Assembly: GCA_053919585.1 (NCBI GenBank)
Contig: CM132816.1
Reading direction: 5' to 3' (one strand)
Length of the DNA: 64,000 nucleotides
DNA from: Euprymna scolopes
Lineage: Eukaryota
The notes under the pieces were generated by a model. That model saw nothing but the letters and a program-made list of their open reading frames with translations, was not told the origin of the DNA and ran no database searches. This document shows positions 12,304 through 24,646 of the stretch, piece after piece (the stretch's first letter is position 1; every line of letters starts with the position of its first letter). The position numbers and the translations under genes were made by a program.

Positions 12304-13480
12304 ACTAGCAGGACTACACGGTATTGCCTGGGGATCATAAAAAAATAGAAGAGGTTAAAAAGTCTTTATATTGAAACTTCAGTATCTCTTTCAATTCATA
12401 CATCTTTCTTTCTTTCCAACTTCATTGTTTTTCCACTACCTCTCTCACCTCTGCGCATTCCTCCTGTTTTAATGTAGTGAAAATATTGTTTTAATGTAGT
12501 GAAAATAATGTTTTAATGTAGTGAAAATATTGTTTTAATGTAGTGAAAATAATGTTTTAATGTAGTGAAAATAATGTTTTAATGTAGTGAAAATATTGTT
12601 TTAATGTAGTGAAAATATTGTTTTAATGTAGTGAAAATAATAATATAAATCATTCACCTTTCTTTTATATAATAGACTAGCAAAGTGACCTGACGTTGCC
12701 CGAGATTGAATGATGATCAACGAATGTTTCACACTCTCATATTTTTATTGTCATCAATATCCGTGAAATCGACCAATTTTAATCGATTGATTGCTCGCTT
12801 TAATTGGGGACCCATCGTGGTGCACCAGGAGGAAGCTCACATACCTCTTGCTGTGGCTTAGTTCACAATACATTGTGCACTGGCGAGAATCTTCTGTTGA
12901 TTTTATAAAAATATTTTTTATAATGGCTTGAATTTTGAAGTTTGAAATGCAAAAGTTAAATAACATGCTTCAATTGTACTCTAAACAGAAACATTCATTT
13001 CGAATGCACTTCTGTCATATCAAAGAACCTACTGTTGATTTTTATATGCCTGGCCTTATTGCTTGTGCAGTGATAATGACTTGAATTGAAGTTTAAAATT
13101 AAAAAGTTAAGTATTGTAGTTCAATGGTGCTTTAAACAGAAACATTCATTTTGAATGTGCCTCTGTCATATCAAAGAACCTACTGTTGATTTAAAATGAT
13201 GGGCTTTGGGCTTTTGTGGTAATAAAACTACTTAAATGCACTTGTAATGTTAGGCTGTGTAAGATGTTAACCTTGGTCAAAATCACCTGTTCCTTCTTTC
13301 ATTGGATTATTTTGATTATCGACTATCGATACTTATTGAAGGCATTCTGACACAAAACCTATTTAAGAACACTGCCAGGCACATAAAGTACTTTCATGAA
13401 AAATTTCATAAAAATTGGCCAAGCCATTTTGGAGTCCATAGAGAACGAACTCACAGACACATAGACAAAGTTTGTTTAAG
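12304..13480 (-). mobile_element. Head-to-tail non-autonomous Helitrons
   Basis: 3' ends (ctagca... plus hairpin) at 12305 and 12677; minus-strand junction CTAG|TCTATTATATA near 12676. Confidence 0.65.
12466..12640. repeat. 22-bp minisatellite (tgttttaatgtagtgaaaatat), about 8 copies
   Basis: Tandem copies visible directly. Confidence 0.95.
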
Positions 13481-13709
13481 TAAAGATAACATTGGCTATA
13501 GCTGAAAAACCGACTCCACCCCTCTAACAAAACATGTCCCAATTGACCCCAAAGAATGAATGATTATTTTTAATTTTAGATATTATTCATCCAGGGCAAA
13601 ACTGATCAAGAATATATGGATGTTTGTTTTGTAGTTTTTGACTTTTAACTGGAATATGTGCATATATTTTTGAAATTTCTGTTCAATTCTTTCTTTTGAT
13701 TTATTAATT

Positions 13710-14162
13710 TCTATAAAATGTATAATATAAATCTCACCTGTCTGTTTAAATGTATGTATGTATGTCTGCCTAAAACTTTCAACAGAGGCAATGGATTTTC
13801 ATGAGATCGATATCATTTTGAAACTCAACCCTTCGGACGACAAATATTAAAAAATTGGCCAAACACATTAATTCCTTCACCCTAAACTAAGCACTTTTCT
13901 ACAAGTAGAGGTCGCTTGTTTTGCCAATATTTTTGAAAGTCATCCCCTCTTTTCGATTGCGTAGCCTTAATTCAAACCTATGTCACTTCTGGCTTGGCGA
14001 TGGGGACAACAGCAAAGATGTCAGGGTTTTTTTTTTCACATTCTTTTCTTCTTTCACTCGCAGGTTCGAGCCTGCCTACCTACTACCACTTTTTTTTTTT
14101 TTTTTTTTTTTTTTGCTCAACACACCTCCAAACACCTGGACAACGCCGGGCATCCAGGCTAG
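13710..14162 (+). mobile_element. Non-autonomous Helitron
   Basis: TCTATA start, (tgta)n, hairpin cctggacaacgccggg, CTAG|T end. Confidence 0.68.
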
Positions 14163-14287
14163 TTTCAAATAAAATATTTATGGAAAATTGATAAAATATT
14201 TATGGAAAATTAATAAAATATTTTCTTTCTATCCATATTTATGTTCATATGATTTTATTATCAAATAATCATTTTTTTTTTTTTCAG

Positions 14288-14346
14288 CAATAAGAAAGAT
14301 TTTTATTCAAATGAAGAATTTTCTGAATTTTTGCAAAACGAACTTG
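14288..14346 (+). CDS. AFG2A: SPATA5 exon 3 (NKKDFYSNEEFSEFLQNEL)
   Basis: Poly-T cag acceptor; G|gtaagt donor; bridges phase 2 to phase 1. Confidence 0.83.
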
Positions 14347-14703
14347 GTAAGTGTCTTTGAATGAATCTCTGACTTTTGTGGTAGATATCAATAAATTCAC
14401 AGGTTGACAAATAAGGAAAAATAAAAAGCAAATAATGGTAAAACTAATAGCTTATTAAAAATATCACATGAAGATTATGTCTTATTGTTTTATATGGAAT
14501 TGTTAATATTGGTTAATATTAATCAGTTAATAATATATTACGAGGCACATTCCAACAGTAATGCCTCATATAAGAAGTATGTCGTTTTTTGTTTGAAGCA
14601 TTGTTTAACAGATTAAAGGTGTTTTTGAAGACTTTTTCAATGCAGGAATTATACAGTCATTTCAAGCAAATAAATAATAATAATAATTCAATAATAAGCA
14701 ACT

Positions 14704-15217
14704 AGACATGCAACTCACACACACCAGTACAACATCAAGACATGCAACTCACACACACCAGTACAACATCAAGACATGCAACTCACACACACCAGTACAA
14801 CATCAAGACATGCAACTCACACACACCAGTACAACATCAAGACATGCAACTCACACACACCAGTACAACATCAAGACATGCAACTCACACACACCAGTAC
14901 AACATCAAGACATGCAACTCACACACACCAGTACAACATCAAGACATGCAACTCACATACACCAGTACATCATCAAGACATGCAACTCACACACACCAGT
15001 ACAACATCAAGACATGCAACTCACACACACCAGTACAACATCAAGACATGCAACTCACACACACCAGTACAACATCAAGACATGCAACTCACACACACCA
15101 GTACAACATCAAGACATGCAACTCACACACACCAGTACAACATCAAGACATGCAACTCACACACACCAGTACAACATCAAGACATGCAACTCACACACAC
15201 CAGTACAACATCAAGAC
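14704..15217. repeat. 34-bp minisatellite (agacatgcaactcacacacaccagtacaacatca), about 15 copies
   Basis: Near-identical tandem units; ORF starts offset by 34 nt. Confidence 0.97.
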
Positions 15218-15699
15218 AACACATATCTAAAACCAAAACCTAAGAAAAAACCATGCTCATTATCTAACTGTTTAGATTCTGTCAAGCAAAAAATCTGACT
15301 TTTTATGCTGCCACCTTGAACTCCCAACAGCGCCTAAATTTGCACAATTTGTATTATTCTTGTGTCTGAAGGGTTCCAGGTCCATTCAACACTGCTTCCC
15401 TACAACAGGCACATGCAAACCGTGGTTGCTTATTGTTATGTCTCTGCATACCGTTATTGCATTTGAGGTGAGAATTCTTTGGTGTTGCACTCACTGAATC
15501 AAACAAAAAACGTTTGACTGGCACAAGTGAGACGATCTTGACTAGTGACTGTTCTTAATAATAATAACCTGATATTAATACTGATATTAATACTGATACA
15601 AAAGAAGTCAAAACCTGGGGACTGAATCATCACCAAAAAATATAGGTTGAGACCATTGTCATCCAAAAATCTTCTGTATTTAGTTTTCTCCTTTTTACT

Positions 15700-16345
15700 T
15701 TTTTTTTTTTTTTTAAACTCAACTTCACCCCAAACAAGACACATTACCCCTTGGACGTTGGAGGTGCTACTAATCGAGACGCTGCCTAAGAAAGAGTAAG
15801 TGCTGGTTTACATTGCATTTGAACTTCTGCACATCAGTACAGTTTGGGAAACAAGCAGCAGGAAGAGAATTCCAAAGTAAAGCTGTTTTAAGGAAGAAGC
15901 TACTTAGTAGAAAACTTTCTAACATTTAGGGACCTCAACAGTGAAGGGGTGTGATTTTGTTGCCAAGCAGATTTACGGGGGATATGTACGTCGAGGGGGC
16001 ACACGTGCAATGAGTTCATCAGAGCACATTCTATTAAAACACTTGTAAAACAGGTACAGGAATGAAACATTGCAGTGATGAGATGGGAGTTGGAGCTTAG
16101 TTGACAAAGTGGGACCTGTTAGATTGAAGACCCTTTTTTAGACCCCATCCAAGAGGGAGAGACCATCGGGTTGGATGCATCAGCCCAGATGTGGCAACAA
16201 TACTCCATGCATGAGCGATTGGTGGCCTTCTAGAGGTACAGGATACTCTCAGGTGTGAGCAGTTCTCTAGCACAATAGAGGGAACCCACCTTCCTTGCAG
16301 CAGCCTTTGCAATGTCCTCAATGTATTTATTTCAGTTCTAATTAT
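15700..16345 (-). mobile_element. LINE family B 3' fragment
   Basis: Degenerate EYCCHIWAD / FYKCFNRMCSDELIA; poly-A tail seen as poly-T at 15700. Confidence 0.75.
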
Positions 16346-16349
16346 GTTT

Positions 16350-16860
16350 TCTGCTTTGGCAGGGTACAAAACCAGTTTTGAAATCTAGTGGGTGAAGCCT
16401 CATTTTCCATAGTATTTGCTCTTTCTCACAGAAGACATAGTGAGTCTATCTCTGTTCTATCTATATTTTCATGGCAGGTGCTCAAATGAGCTTTTCTTTA
16501 GGATCCTTCTCATCCGGTAGAACATTTGCAGCAGACACTCCTCTAGCTAGAACAAATACCAACAATTTTCCATGTCTATTTATGCCTAAATGTAAATTCC
16601 ATAAGCAGTTTCTTTCCTAGAACTGCCTGTCTGTGGAATACAATATACGGGGTTGCTTCCCTGCTGACTATAACATAGCCATTTTAAAGTCTAATGAGAA
16701 CAAGTTCCTGTTGAGCCATCCTCTTAAATAAATAAACACTACCAAAGTTCCACTATTACTGATCATCATTGTGTTGTCTCACCAGTCACCTGACAATCAT
16801 TAACCCTTATCCTCTAGTAGCCTTTAGGCCTTGATAAGTGGTACTCCTCCTCATAAAGAA
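16350..16860 (+). mobile_element. LINE family A 3' fragment
   Basis: Shared 3' UTR taacccttatcc..ggccttgataagtgg. Confidence 0.75.
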
Positions 16861-16912
16861 AAGATTTTTTTATCTTTGTATTGATTTTTTTTTTTTTTTT
16901 TTTCAATTTCAG

Positions 16913-17614
16913 ATGGAAATTATTTTGCTAAAGACAATTCTTTTTCTTTTTATTATTTTGGTCAACTTTGTTCGTTTGATGTGACCAAAATAGAAGGTTT
17001 TTCTGATCACATAGAATTGTCCATTGCAAATGTCTCCAATTCCGAAGATTCCTTAGCAGAAAAGTTTGGAAAAATAAAGATCACCGGAACACCCACAGCA
17101 GCAAACCAGCGACACGCTCTTTCTGAATCGCTCCCCAAAGCCAAGGATGAACCTGATTCTTCTTTATCCTTAAACACGACGTCGTTTTCAGAAACAACAA
17201 ATTCAGATATCGCTTCCACTAAAAGAACGACGGAAGATTGTTTACCAGCAACGCCAAATTCAAATACACGTGTAAACAGACATTTTTTATCAAATAATTC
17301 TTTCAGTAAAGACTTGCCTTTAGATTCGTCCACCCCGGTGAAAGTGCCAGCAACAAACATTCCGGGATTCCAAACCCCTACTATAGGTGATGTCAAATCC
17401 CAAGTACCCTTTTCGGGAAGGAATTTTTATAAAATTACTTCCCATACAAAAATCGATGTGAATTCTTCTGAAAAAGAAAAGAAAGAAAAGAAAAATCGTG
17501 AGGATTCTTTATCAGTGACCTTGGAATCGGTGGGTGGCTTGAAAGAACAGATTGAAACGCTGAAAGAAATGATCGAGTTACCTTTGATGTCTCCTCAAAT
17601 TTTGAGCTCTTACG
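16913..17614 (+). CDS. AFG2A: SPATA5 exon 4 (end of N-domain, S/T-rich linker, start of D1: VGGLKEQIETLKEMIELPL)
   Basis: Acceptor tttcag; donor G|gtaagt; open 702 nt. Confidence 0.92.
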
Positions 17615-18789
17615 GTAAGTTGACATTTTTCATTTTTAATTTAAAAAATAATTTGGTGACTCAGAAAAACTGCAGCAAACAGTGTCAGACAAAAAATTAT
17701 TCTATTACGACTGAATTTGTAAGAAATGGTGGTTGTAAGCTACATTAGATAGTGGCTGTCAGGGTAGATGTATTAAATTTTTATGTGGCATCTGCTGTTG
17801 CAAACCTACAATACTTTGGTCCAGAGGGGAATTTCGGCTGCCATTTTATTATAGAGGAGATTATATTTGATCTAATATATAGAAATGATTTAAAAAGTTA
17901 AAAAAAAAAAAAAAAATGACTCATGGGCCACCACCGAGAATCAAAACCAAAATGTTTAGCTTACGATTTACTTTTTCCTTTAATGTTAATGCCTGAGCTA
18001 TGAAGACACGTTTGCTGCATGGCTGAAAATTAAAACATGAACCAACAGCTATTACAATACGCATGCATATTCATAATGCTGTCGTTCGACGTTCACCTGG
18101 TAAATTCGATTTTTTTAATTTTGGCACTTTTGCACCAATTTTCCCCGGCTAAAACTCAAATATAAAATTTCGCATGGGTTTGAATATCCTATATATTAAG
18201 TTTCATGCTTGTAGACCAAAAACTGATAGTTTTTTAAAGAAATATATATATATGCATACATAAATATATATAGAAAGAGGTTTGTGTTTACTATAACCTT
18301 TTTCATGCAAATATTATGCAAGTATAAATCATGTAGAATATCTGCATGAATATAATTACACGTAATAGTTAACTAAAGATGATCATCCCATAAGAAAACC
18401 AAAAAAATAATAGGGAATTAATTAAAAATGAATTTTTAAAAGAATATGCAAACTTAGCTAGATCTTTTGCAGATGAATGCAATTCCCCAACCGATATATA
18501 ACAAAGTTGTATTCTCTTTTTAAATAAATAGAAAAAAGGGTTTTTAATATGAATATCAATACACACACACACACACACACACAATTTATAGGTTCTATGG
18601 TTAGAATTTTATGACAATTGGTAAAAAAGAATCTATATTTTCAAACCAATTTTGCTTACATTTGTATATATAGTGTCCTGGCTGGCCAACATCTTTGGGC
18701 AGCTGCTTTGGGATGAATTTTGCTTTGGGTTTTTTTTGCTTGATTGTCTCCCCTTTGGCCTTAAATATGCACACACACATATATATATA

Positions 18790-19514
18790 CTAGCAAAAGT
18801 ACCCGTCGTTGACGCCTACAGAAAATGGACTCTGATTTATGAAAGTATGATAGGTTATGAAAAGGAAGGGTTGTAAAGAGATAGCTTCGAATTTGAGGGT
18901 ATCAAAACCAAAGCAAAATATTATGAAAGTAAAAATAAAATGGATAAACCTCATAATTTATTATACCATACCTGTTCACACTGAAACATATTCTGTGGAT
19001 CTATATTAAAAAACCTTCCTTAAATTTCCATTCTATGGAGGTCAGGCGCGAACGAACACCCCATAATTTTATTATACCATATTTCTTCAAACTGAAACAT
19101 AATTATCAAAATATACTTACGCAGATAGATATGAAAAGTCTTTATTAAAGTTTGTGCCTATTTCCATTCTATGGAGGCCAGGCGCAAACACAGACCCCAC
19201 AATTTTATTATACCATCCCTATTTTAGTTAAAACATACTTATCAAAGTATTATTATGTACATCTATATCAAAAACACTTGTAAACGTTTTTTTTTTAAAT
19301 TTTTAAATTTTTTATTTCCATACTTTGTGGACCAGGTGCATACGCAGACCCCACAATTTTAATGAATCATCATTATGCCGGATCAAACATACCCATTCCT
19401 GTGTCTCGATACATCTTCTATCATTATATGTGATCAGTTTTCTATAATAGTCAACCATATAGGAGCCTATTTGTGACCAGACACACACACAGATGTTCAG
19501 CTTTATATTATAGA
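18790..19514 (-). mobile_element. Non-autonomous Helitron with ~120-bp internal repeats
   Basis: ctagcaaaagtacccgtcgttgacg at the left end, tatattataga at the right; repeated cataattttattataccat units. Confidence 0.65.
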
Positions 19515-20168
19515 TATATATATACATACACACATATATGTATATTTTCTCTCTCTCTCTCTCTTTCTTCCCTTTTCTCTCTTTCCCCTTTTTACATTAA
19601 TATAAAACCAGTAATAATACTTGCTTTAATTTCTATTATTTCAGTTGTAAAATTTTCTTTAATCCATCAAAATTTTAATTTAAAACTTCGCCCATTTGCC
19701 ATTGCTTTGCAATTTACTTTTTATTCCGTAACTCCAAATCATTGAAATAAAATTATTCAACTAAAAAAATCCAAACAAATCTCTAAGACACAAGTAATCT
19801 TTGCTCATAAAAATTTGATTATTATTTCCTGTTTTTTTTTATTATCAGTTATTTTTTAGATTAAGCCTTCCTATCTTTGCTCATAAAATCAAATTTACGT
19901 ACATGATTATTTATGGCTGTAAGTGCCAAAAATAGGCTTTGGATGATGAATGATCTCCTTAATGTGTGACCTTAAGGGCAAATGTCACATAGTCCACTAC
20001 ACAATTCAGGTCATTACCTTTCCAACGAGCCTTCACGATTATTCACACTGCAAAGCGAACCACCATCTCATCTGTTTACTTTTATTATACTGATTAGATT
20101 TTTATGTTAAATACACAGTTTGAATGAATCTGTTTTTTTTTTGCTAACTTTCTTCAAATTCTTTACAG

Positions 20169-20298
20169 GACTGACATTTCCGAAAGGCATCTTATTGTAC
20201 GGCCCTTCTGGATGTGGGAAAACCTTTCTTATGAAGGCCATCGCCAATCAAATGGGTTGCTATGTTACAAAAATTACGGGTCCAAGCATTTGGAGCAA
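20169..20298 (+). CDS. AFG2A: SPATA5 exon 5 (D1 Walker A GPSGCGKT)
   Basis: ttacag / AA|gtaagt; [15 protein letters not shown]. Confidence 0.95.
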
Positions 20299-20377
20299 GT
20301 AAGTTTTTTTGTTTTTTTTTTTACACTTTTTTTTAGCATTAAAAAAAAAATGCATTTTAGAACTTTTTCTCTGGTGC

Positions 20378-20658
20378 TAACAAATCAGGCTGTGTGAAGA
20401 TATTGGCTTCCTGACTTCAATACACCAAACATTAATGTTACTGTTTTTTTTTCCTTTCACTTTGTAAAACTCAATAATGTTCTGCAAAGCAAAAAACAAA
20501 AACAATTTCCCTCTACAAAACAAACTAACCACCATGAATAAATGTTTCAAGATATAAATAATTTGAAGCATGAAAACTTTTGTCATAATGATTGAACCGT
20601 AAAAAAAAAAAAAACCCTAAAAAAAACAAAGCAAACACCATGAATAAATAATTGAAGA
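20378..20658 (+). repeat. Unclassified dispersed repeat family (other copies near 21540-21760, 24370-24520, 36500-36625 reversed, 45515-45630)
   Basis: Shared agatcaggctgtctgaagatactggcttcctgac...ctgcaaa core. Confidence 0.7.
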
Positions 20659-21377
20659 TTAGCTGGACCTGTGAAAATTCCACAGGAGACTCATTCATAT
20701 GTAATATATTGATGTTGGCATTCTGTAGATGTTCATTGTAAACGGAGATGCTCTGATATTATTGTAGCTTTTTTGATAAAACTGCAAAAGTATTTATTTA
20801 AGCTAGCAGGGATGCCCGGTGTAGCCTGGTCATAAAGTACGCTTAAATATATTTTAATTCTTGCAGATTTTGTATATATTATAGAGTTAATGTTCTATCG
20901 ATTTTTATATATTATAAAGTTGTGATTTCAAAAATAAAAAATATATCCATATGACTTGGGTGCATTAGCTTGAATTGAAACCAAAATCAAAACTTATGAA
21001 AAAAATATATATAACTTGAGTTCCTTCAGCTATAATTGAAACCAAAACTTATGAAATAATAATTGAAACCAAAACTTATGAAATAATAATCAAAACCTTT
21101 GAAGAATTCTTGATAAGATTATAAAACAAATAGATTACTGGCATGCCATCAGCTATAACCAAAACCAAAACTTATAAAGAATTTTTGGTAAAATTGCTTA
21201 TAAAAAAAATAGATGACATCAGCTATAATTGAAACTATAACCAAAACTTATGAAGAATTCTTGGTAGAAATATTTATTACAAAAAATGGAAGTCCATAAC
21301 AATTAAACAACAGTCACTCGAATGTAAGCGTGACACACAAAATAAATAACACACACGCTATCGTATTAATATATAGA
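20659..21377 (-). mobile_element. Composite Helitron, copy 1
   Basis: Minus-strand TC...CTAA inserted between A and T; paralogous empty site near 21748. Confidence 0.78.
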
Positions 21378-21909
21378 TTTAAAGAATTCAAAGCATAAAA
21401 TTTTTACAAAAATTATTGCCATTAAATAACCTAAGAACTGTTGGTCTGCCATGAAACAAAAAAACGTTTCGGATGATATAAGTCTGAAGAATCTAAATAA
21501 TATGAATAACCAATCCTTATTTCAAACATTTAAAAACGTAATTATTTTTTCCATTCTCTTTGTAAAACTCAATCAAATTCTGCAAAGCCAAAAACAAAAA
21601 AAAAAAACAATTTTCCTCTACAAAACAAACTAACCACCATGAATAAATATTTAAAGATGTAAAGAATTTGAAACATGAAAATTTTGCCATAATGATTAAA
21701 CCGTAAAAGAAAAAACAGCCAAACCAAACATCATGAATAAATAATTGAAGATATAAAGAATTTGATGCAGGAAAATTTATTTCCAAAATGATCAAATTTG
21801 GCATTAAATAACACTAAAAAAGTTGATATACCGTAAAATCTTCTGATGCTAAAAGTCGTACGATAGATGGTAAGTTATGTTTCTGAATTTTTTAGATGAG
21901 GATTGGTTA

Positions 21910-22509
21910 TCTATATATTAATATGATGTGTTATTTTGTGTGTCATGTTTACATCCGGGTCGTTTAATTGTTATGTACTTCCATTTCTTGTTATAAATAA
22001 TTTTACCAAGAATTCTTCATAAGTTTTGGTTTCAGTTTCGACTATAGCTGACTTATAGATTTCTGACCTATATAAATAATTTTTACAAGAATTCTTCATA
22101 AGTTTTGGTTTCGGTTTCGATTATGGCTGAAGGAACTCAAGTTATATATATATATATACATTTTTTTCATAAGTTTTTATTTCGGTTTCGATTCAAGCTA
22201 ATGCACCCAAGTCATACGGATAAATTTTTTTATTTTTGAAATTGGAACTTTATAACATATAAAAATCGATAGAACATTAACTCTATAATAATATATACGA
22301 AATCTGCAAGAATTAAAATATCATATTTAAGCATACTTTAGGACCAGGCTTTGTCAGGTGTTCGTGCTAGCTTAGATAAATACTTTTGCAGTTTTAACAA
22401 AAAATGCTACAATAATATCAGAGCGTCTCCATTTACACTGAACATCTACAGAATGGCAACATCAATATATTACATATGAATGGAATGGAATTTTCACAGG
22501 TCCTGCTAG
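21910..22509 (+). mobile_element. Composite Helitron, copy 2 (inverted relative to copy 1)
   Basis: A|TCTATATATT...CTAG|T; colinear reverse complement of 20659-21377. Confidence 0.78.
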
Positions 22510-23097
22510 TTAGTATTATTTGGATTACTGTTCTCATCTTCAGTGTTATTTTTATAGCATTTTGCTTGATGTAATTTTCAACCTTCTTTGAATGTATCTT
22601 GTTAAACTCTGGAGTTTGACAGAAAGATTTCGAGAGTTTAACAATGAACACTTGAAGGTCAGAGAGTACATTGACCGAAATATTATAAAAATAAAATTCA
22701 AGATGAAAACAGTAGTCCGAAAAAGGTTGATATGCCGTAAATATGACTTTTTAAGTGAATAGTTTGGTACTAACGTATCATGTTGAGCGATAGACTTCTT
22801 GGAATTCCGAGTTACTAAAATAAACTTTGTGTATTTTATGTCATCTGTAAGGTTTATTTTCGTTTGTGTATTCATTGTCTGACCTATCTGCTGGTGAGAG
22901 AGAAAAGAGGTTGACTGTACATTTGTTCTCTTTTTTTCCCCAAAACTGTACCAACTGATACCACACTATTGACACTGCAATCAGTGTCAAAATCAAGCAA
23001 CAACTTTAAATTTATTCATTATAACAATTTAAATCATTTTTAAAATAGTCTTTCTTTTCTAGGTAAAAATAATTGTCAACTAAATATTTTTTAAATA

Positions 23098-23300
23098 CAG
23101 TAGAAACCCGGGATACAGTGGCCCTAGGATATGGTTTTTCTGATTATGATGTATAATACAATGTTTTTCTGGCCTCTTGTTACGGTATTTGTCCTTCCCT
23201 ACGGTGTTATTTATAATGTTATTTGATTATATACATGTGTATTATATACCGTACTGTATTTTATTACTAATTTTTAATGCCGTATCCTGGGATTCTACTG
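23098..23300. mobile_element. Tc1/pogo-type MITE
   Basis: TA|CAGTAGAAACCCGGGATAC ... GTATCCTGGGATTCTACTG|TA. Confidence 0.82.
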
Positions 23301-24589
23301 TACATAAAACTAATGTTACTCTTGCAAATTATCTGTTAAAATTAAAGCAATTAGATGTGAATTAAAATTACATTAAAATAAAAATAAGTTTTTAAAATAA
23401 CAGATGATAGAATTCAGGTTTGAAAGAATTCAGTTTAAAATTGAAGTCGGAAGGTAATTGTTAAGATGGAGTAAAAAGATTGATTTTTTTTTTAAATATC
23501 GTTTTAAGCAAAAACAATATTTCCATACTTAATCGTCATATTGAAAGCAGTAATATATCCAAAAATTATAAAAATTCATTGAGTAGAAAGTTATTTACAG
23601 TTAAAAGTAATTTTTACAGAAAATTTGGTAAAATTGCATTTTTCTTAGATGCTATAGAGGGTGATGAGTTCACACTCAAGGGACATAACTTAGAACCCAA
23701 AATTTAGATTACACCGTAATGACTTCTGACATTTGTAGCCTAGAGCGATAAACTTATTTTACTAAAAACGCAATAGTAGTTATTCTACTCAAATTTTCGT
23801 AATTTTTGGATATATTAATATTTTCAACATGACAAGTACGTAATATTGTTTTTGCTTAAAATGACATATTTAAAAAAATCGATTTGTTGACTTTATCTTA
23901 ACAAGCACTAGTCAGAATTTTTTAACCTTAGCAACACTTGTTCTTGTCATTTATTTGCATATTTCATCTTTAATGATTGGATGATCATTTTTTTTAACAA
24001 GGGTGGAAGGTGATAACGTACATAGTAAAAAATATTTTTCAAGTAAAAATGATTGCTGTTCTTCATCTACTAGACTACCTAAAAGTAAAGATCTAGAGAT
24101 CAGTATCGATCACATGAAAGAGAGGAGGACAAGATCCATAGTCCCCCTCATCCTTTCCATTAACTTCAACTTTTATCGATATATGTGCAGCACAAAGGTA
24201 TGGTTATACAAATCATAGCTATTGTCGGATTAGTAAGCCCAAGAATTCTGGCTGCCTTGTTAGTGGCACCACAAATTCACTTTGGCTAGACAGGATATCA
24301 GAGAGGATAAATTCGACAGTTATGTCAAACTCTAGTATCTATAAGCTATTTCCCACCTGTCTTCTTCAATTGGTACTTCCAGATAAGGCTGTCTGAAAAT
24401 ACTGGCTTGCTGACCAAAATTGCACCAAACATTGAGGTTATTTTTTTTTTTATCCCTTTGCAAAACTCAATCGTGTTCTGCAAAATCAAAAATAAAAGCA
24501 ACAATTTTCTTCTACAAAACTGTTGAATCATTAATTGACTTTTTTTTTTTACTAAAGTTTTAATTAACATTTATTTTTTTTCATTCTAG

Positions 24590-24646
24590 ATATTATGGTG
24601 AGACAGAATCTCGTCTCAGGGATATTTTCAAAACTGCTCAAGAAAG
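24590..24646 (+). CDS. AFG2A: SPATA5 exon 6 (YYGETESRLRDIFKTAQE, D1 pore loop)
   Basis: ttctag / AG|gtatat; conserved AAA motif. Confidence 0.93.

Noticed and set aside
14708-15298. Three overlapping His/Thr-rich ORFs (155-196 aa)
   Set aside because: Artefact of a stop-free 34-bp tandem repeat inside intron 3.
17925-18010. Minus-strand tRNA-like A/B boxes
   Set aside because: Too degenerate; no cloverleaf can be formed.
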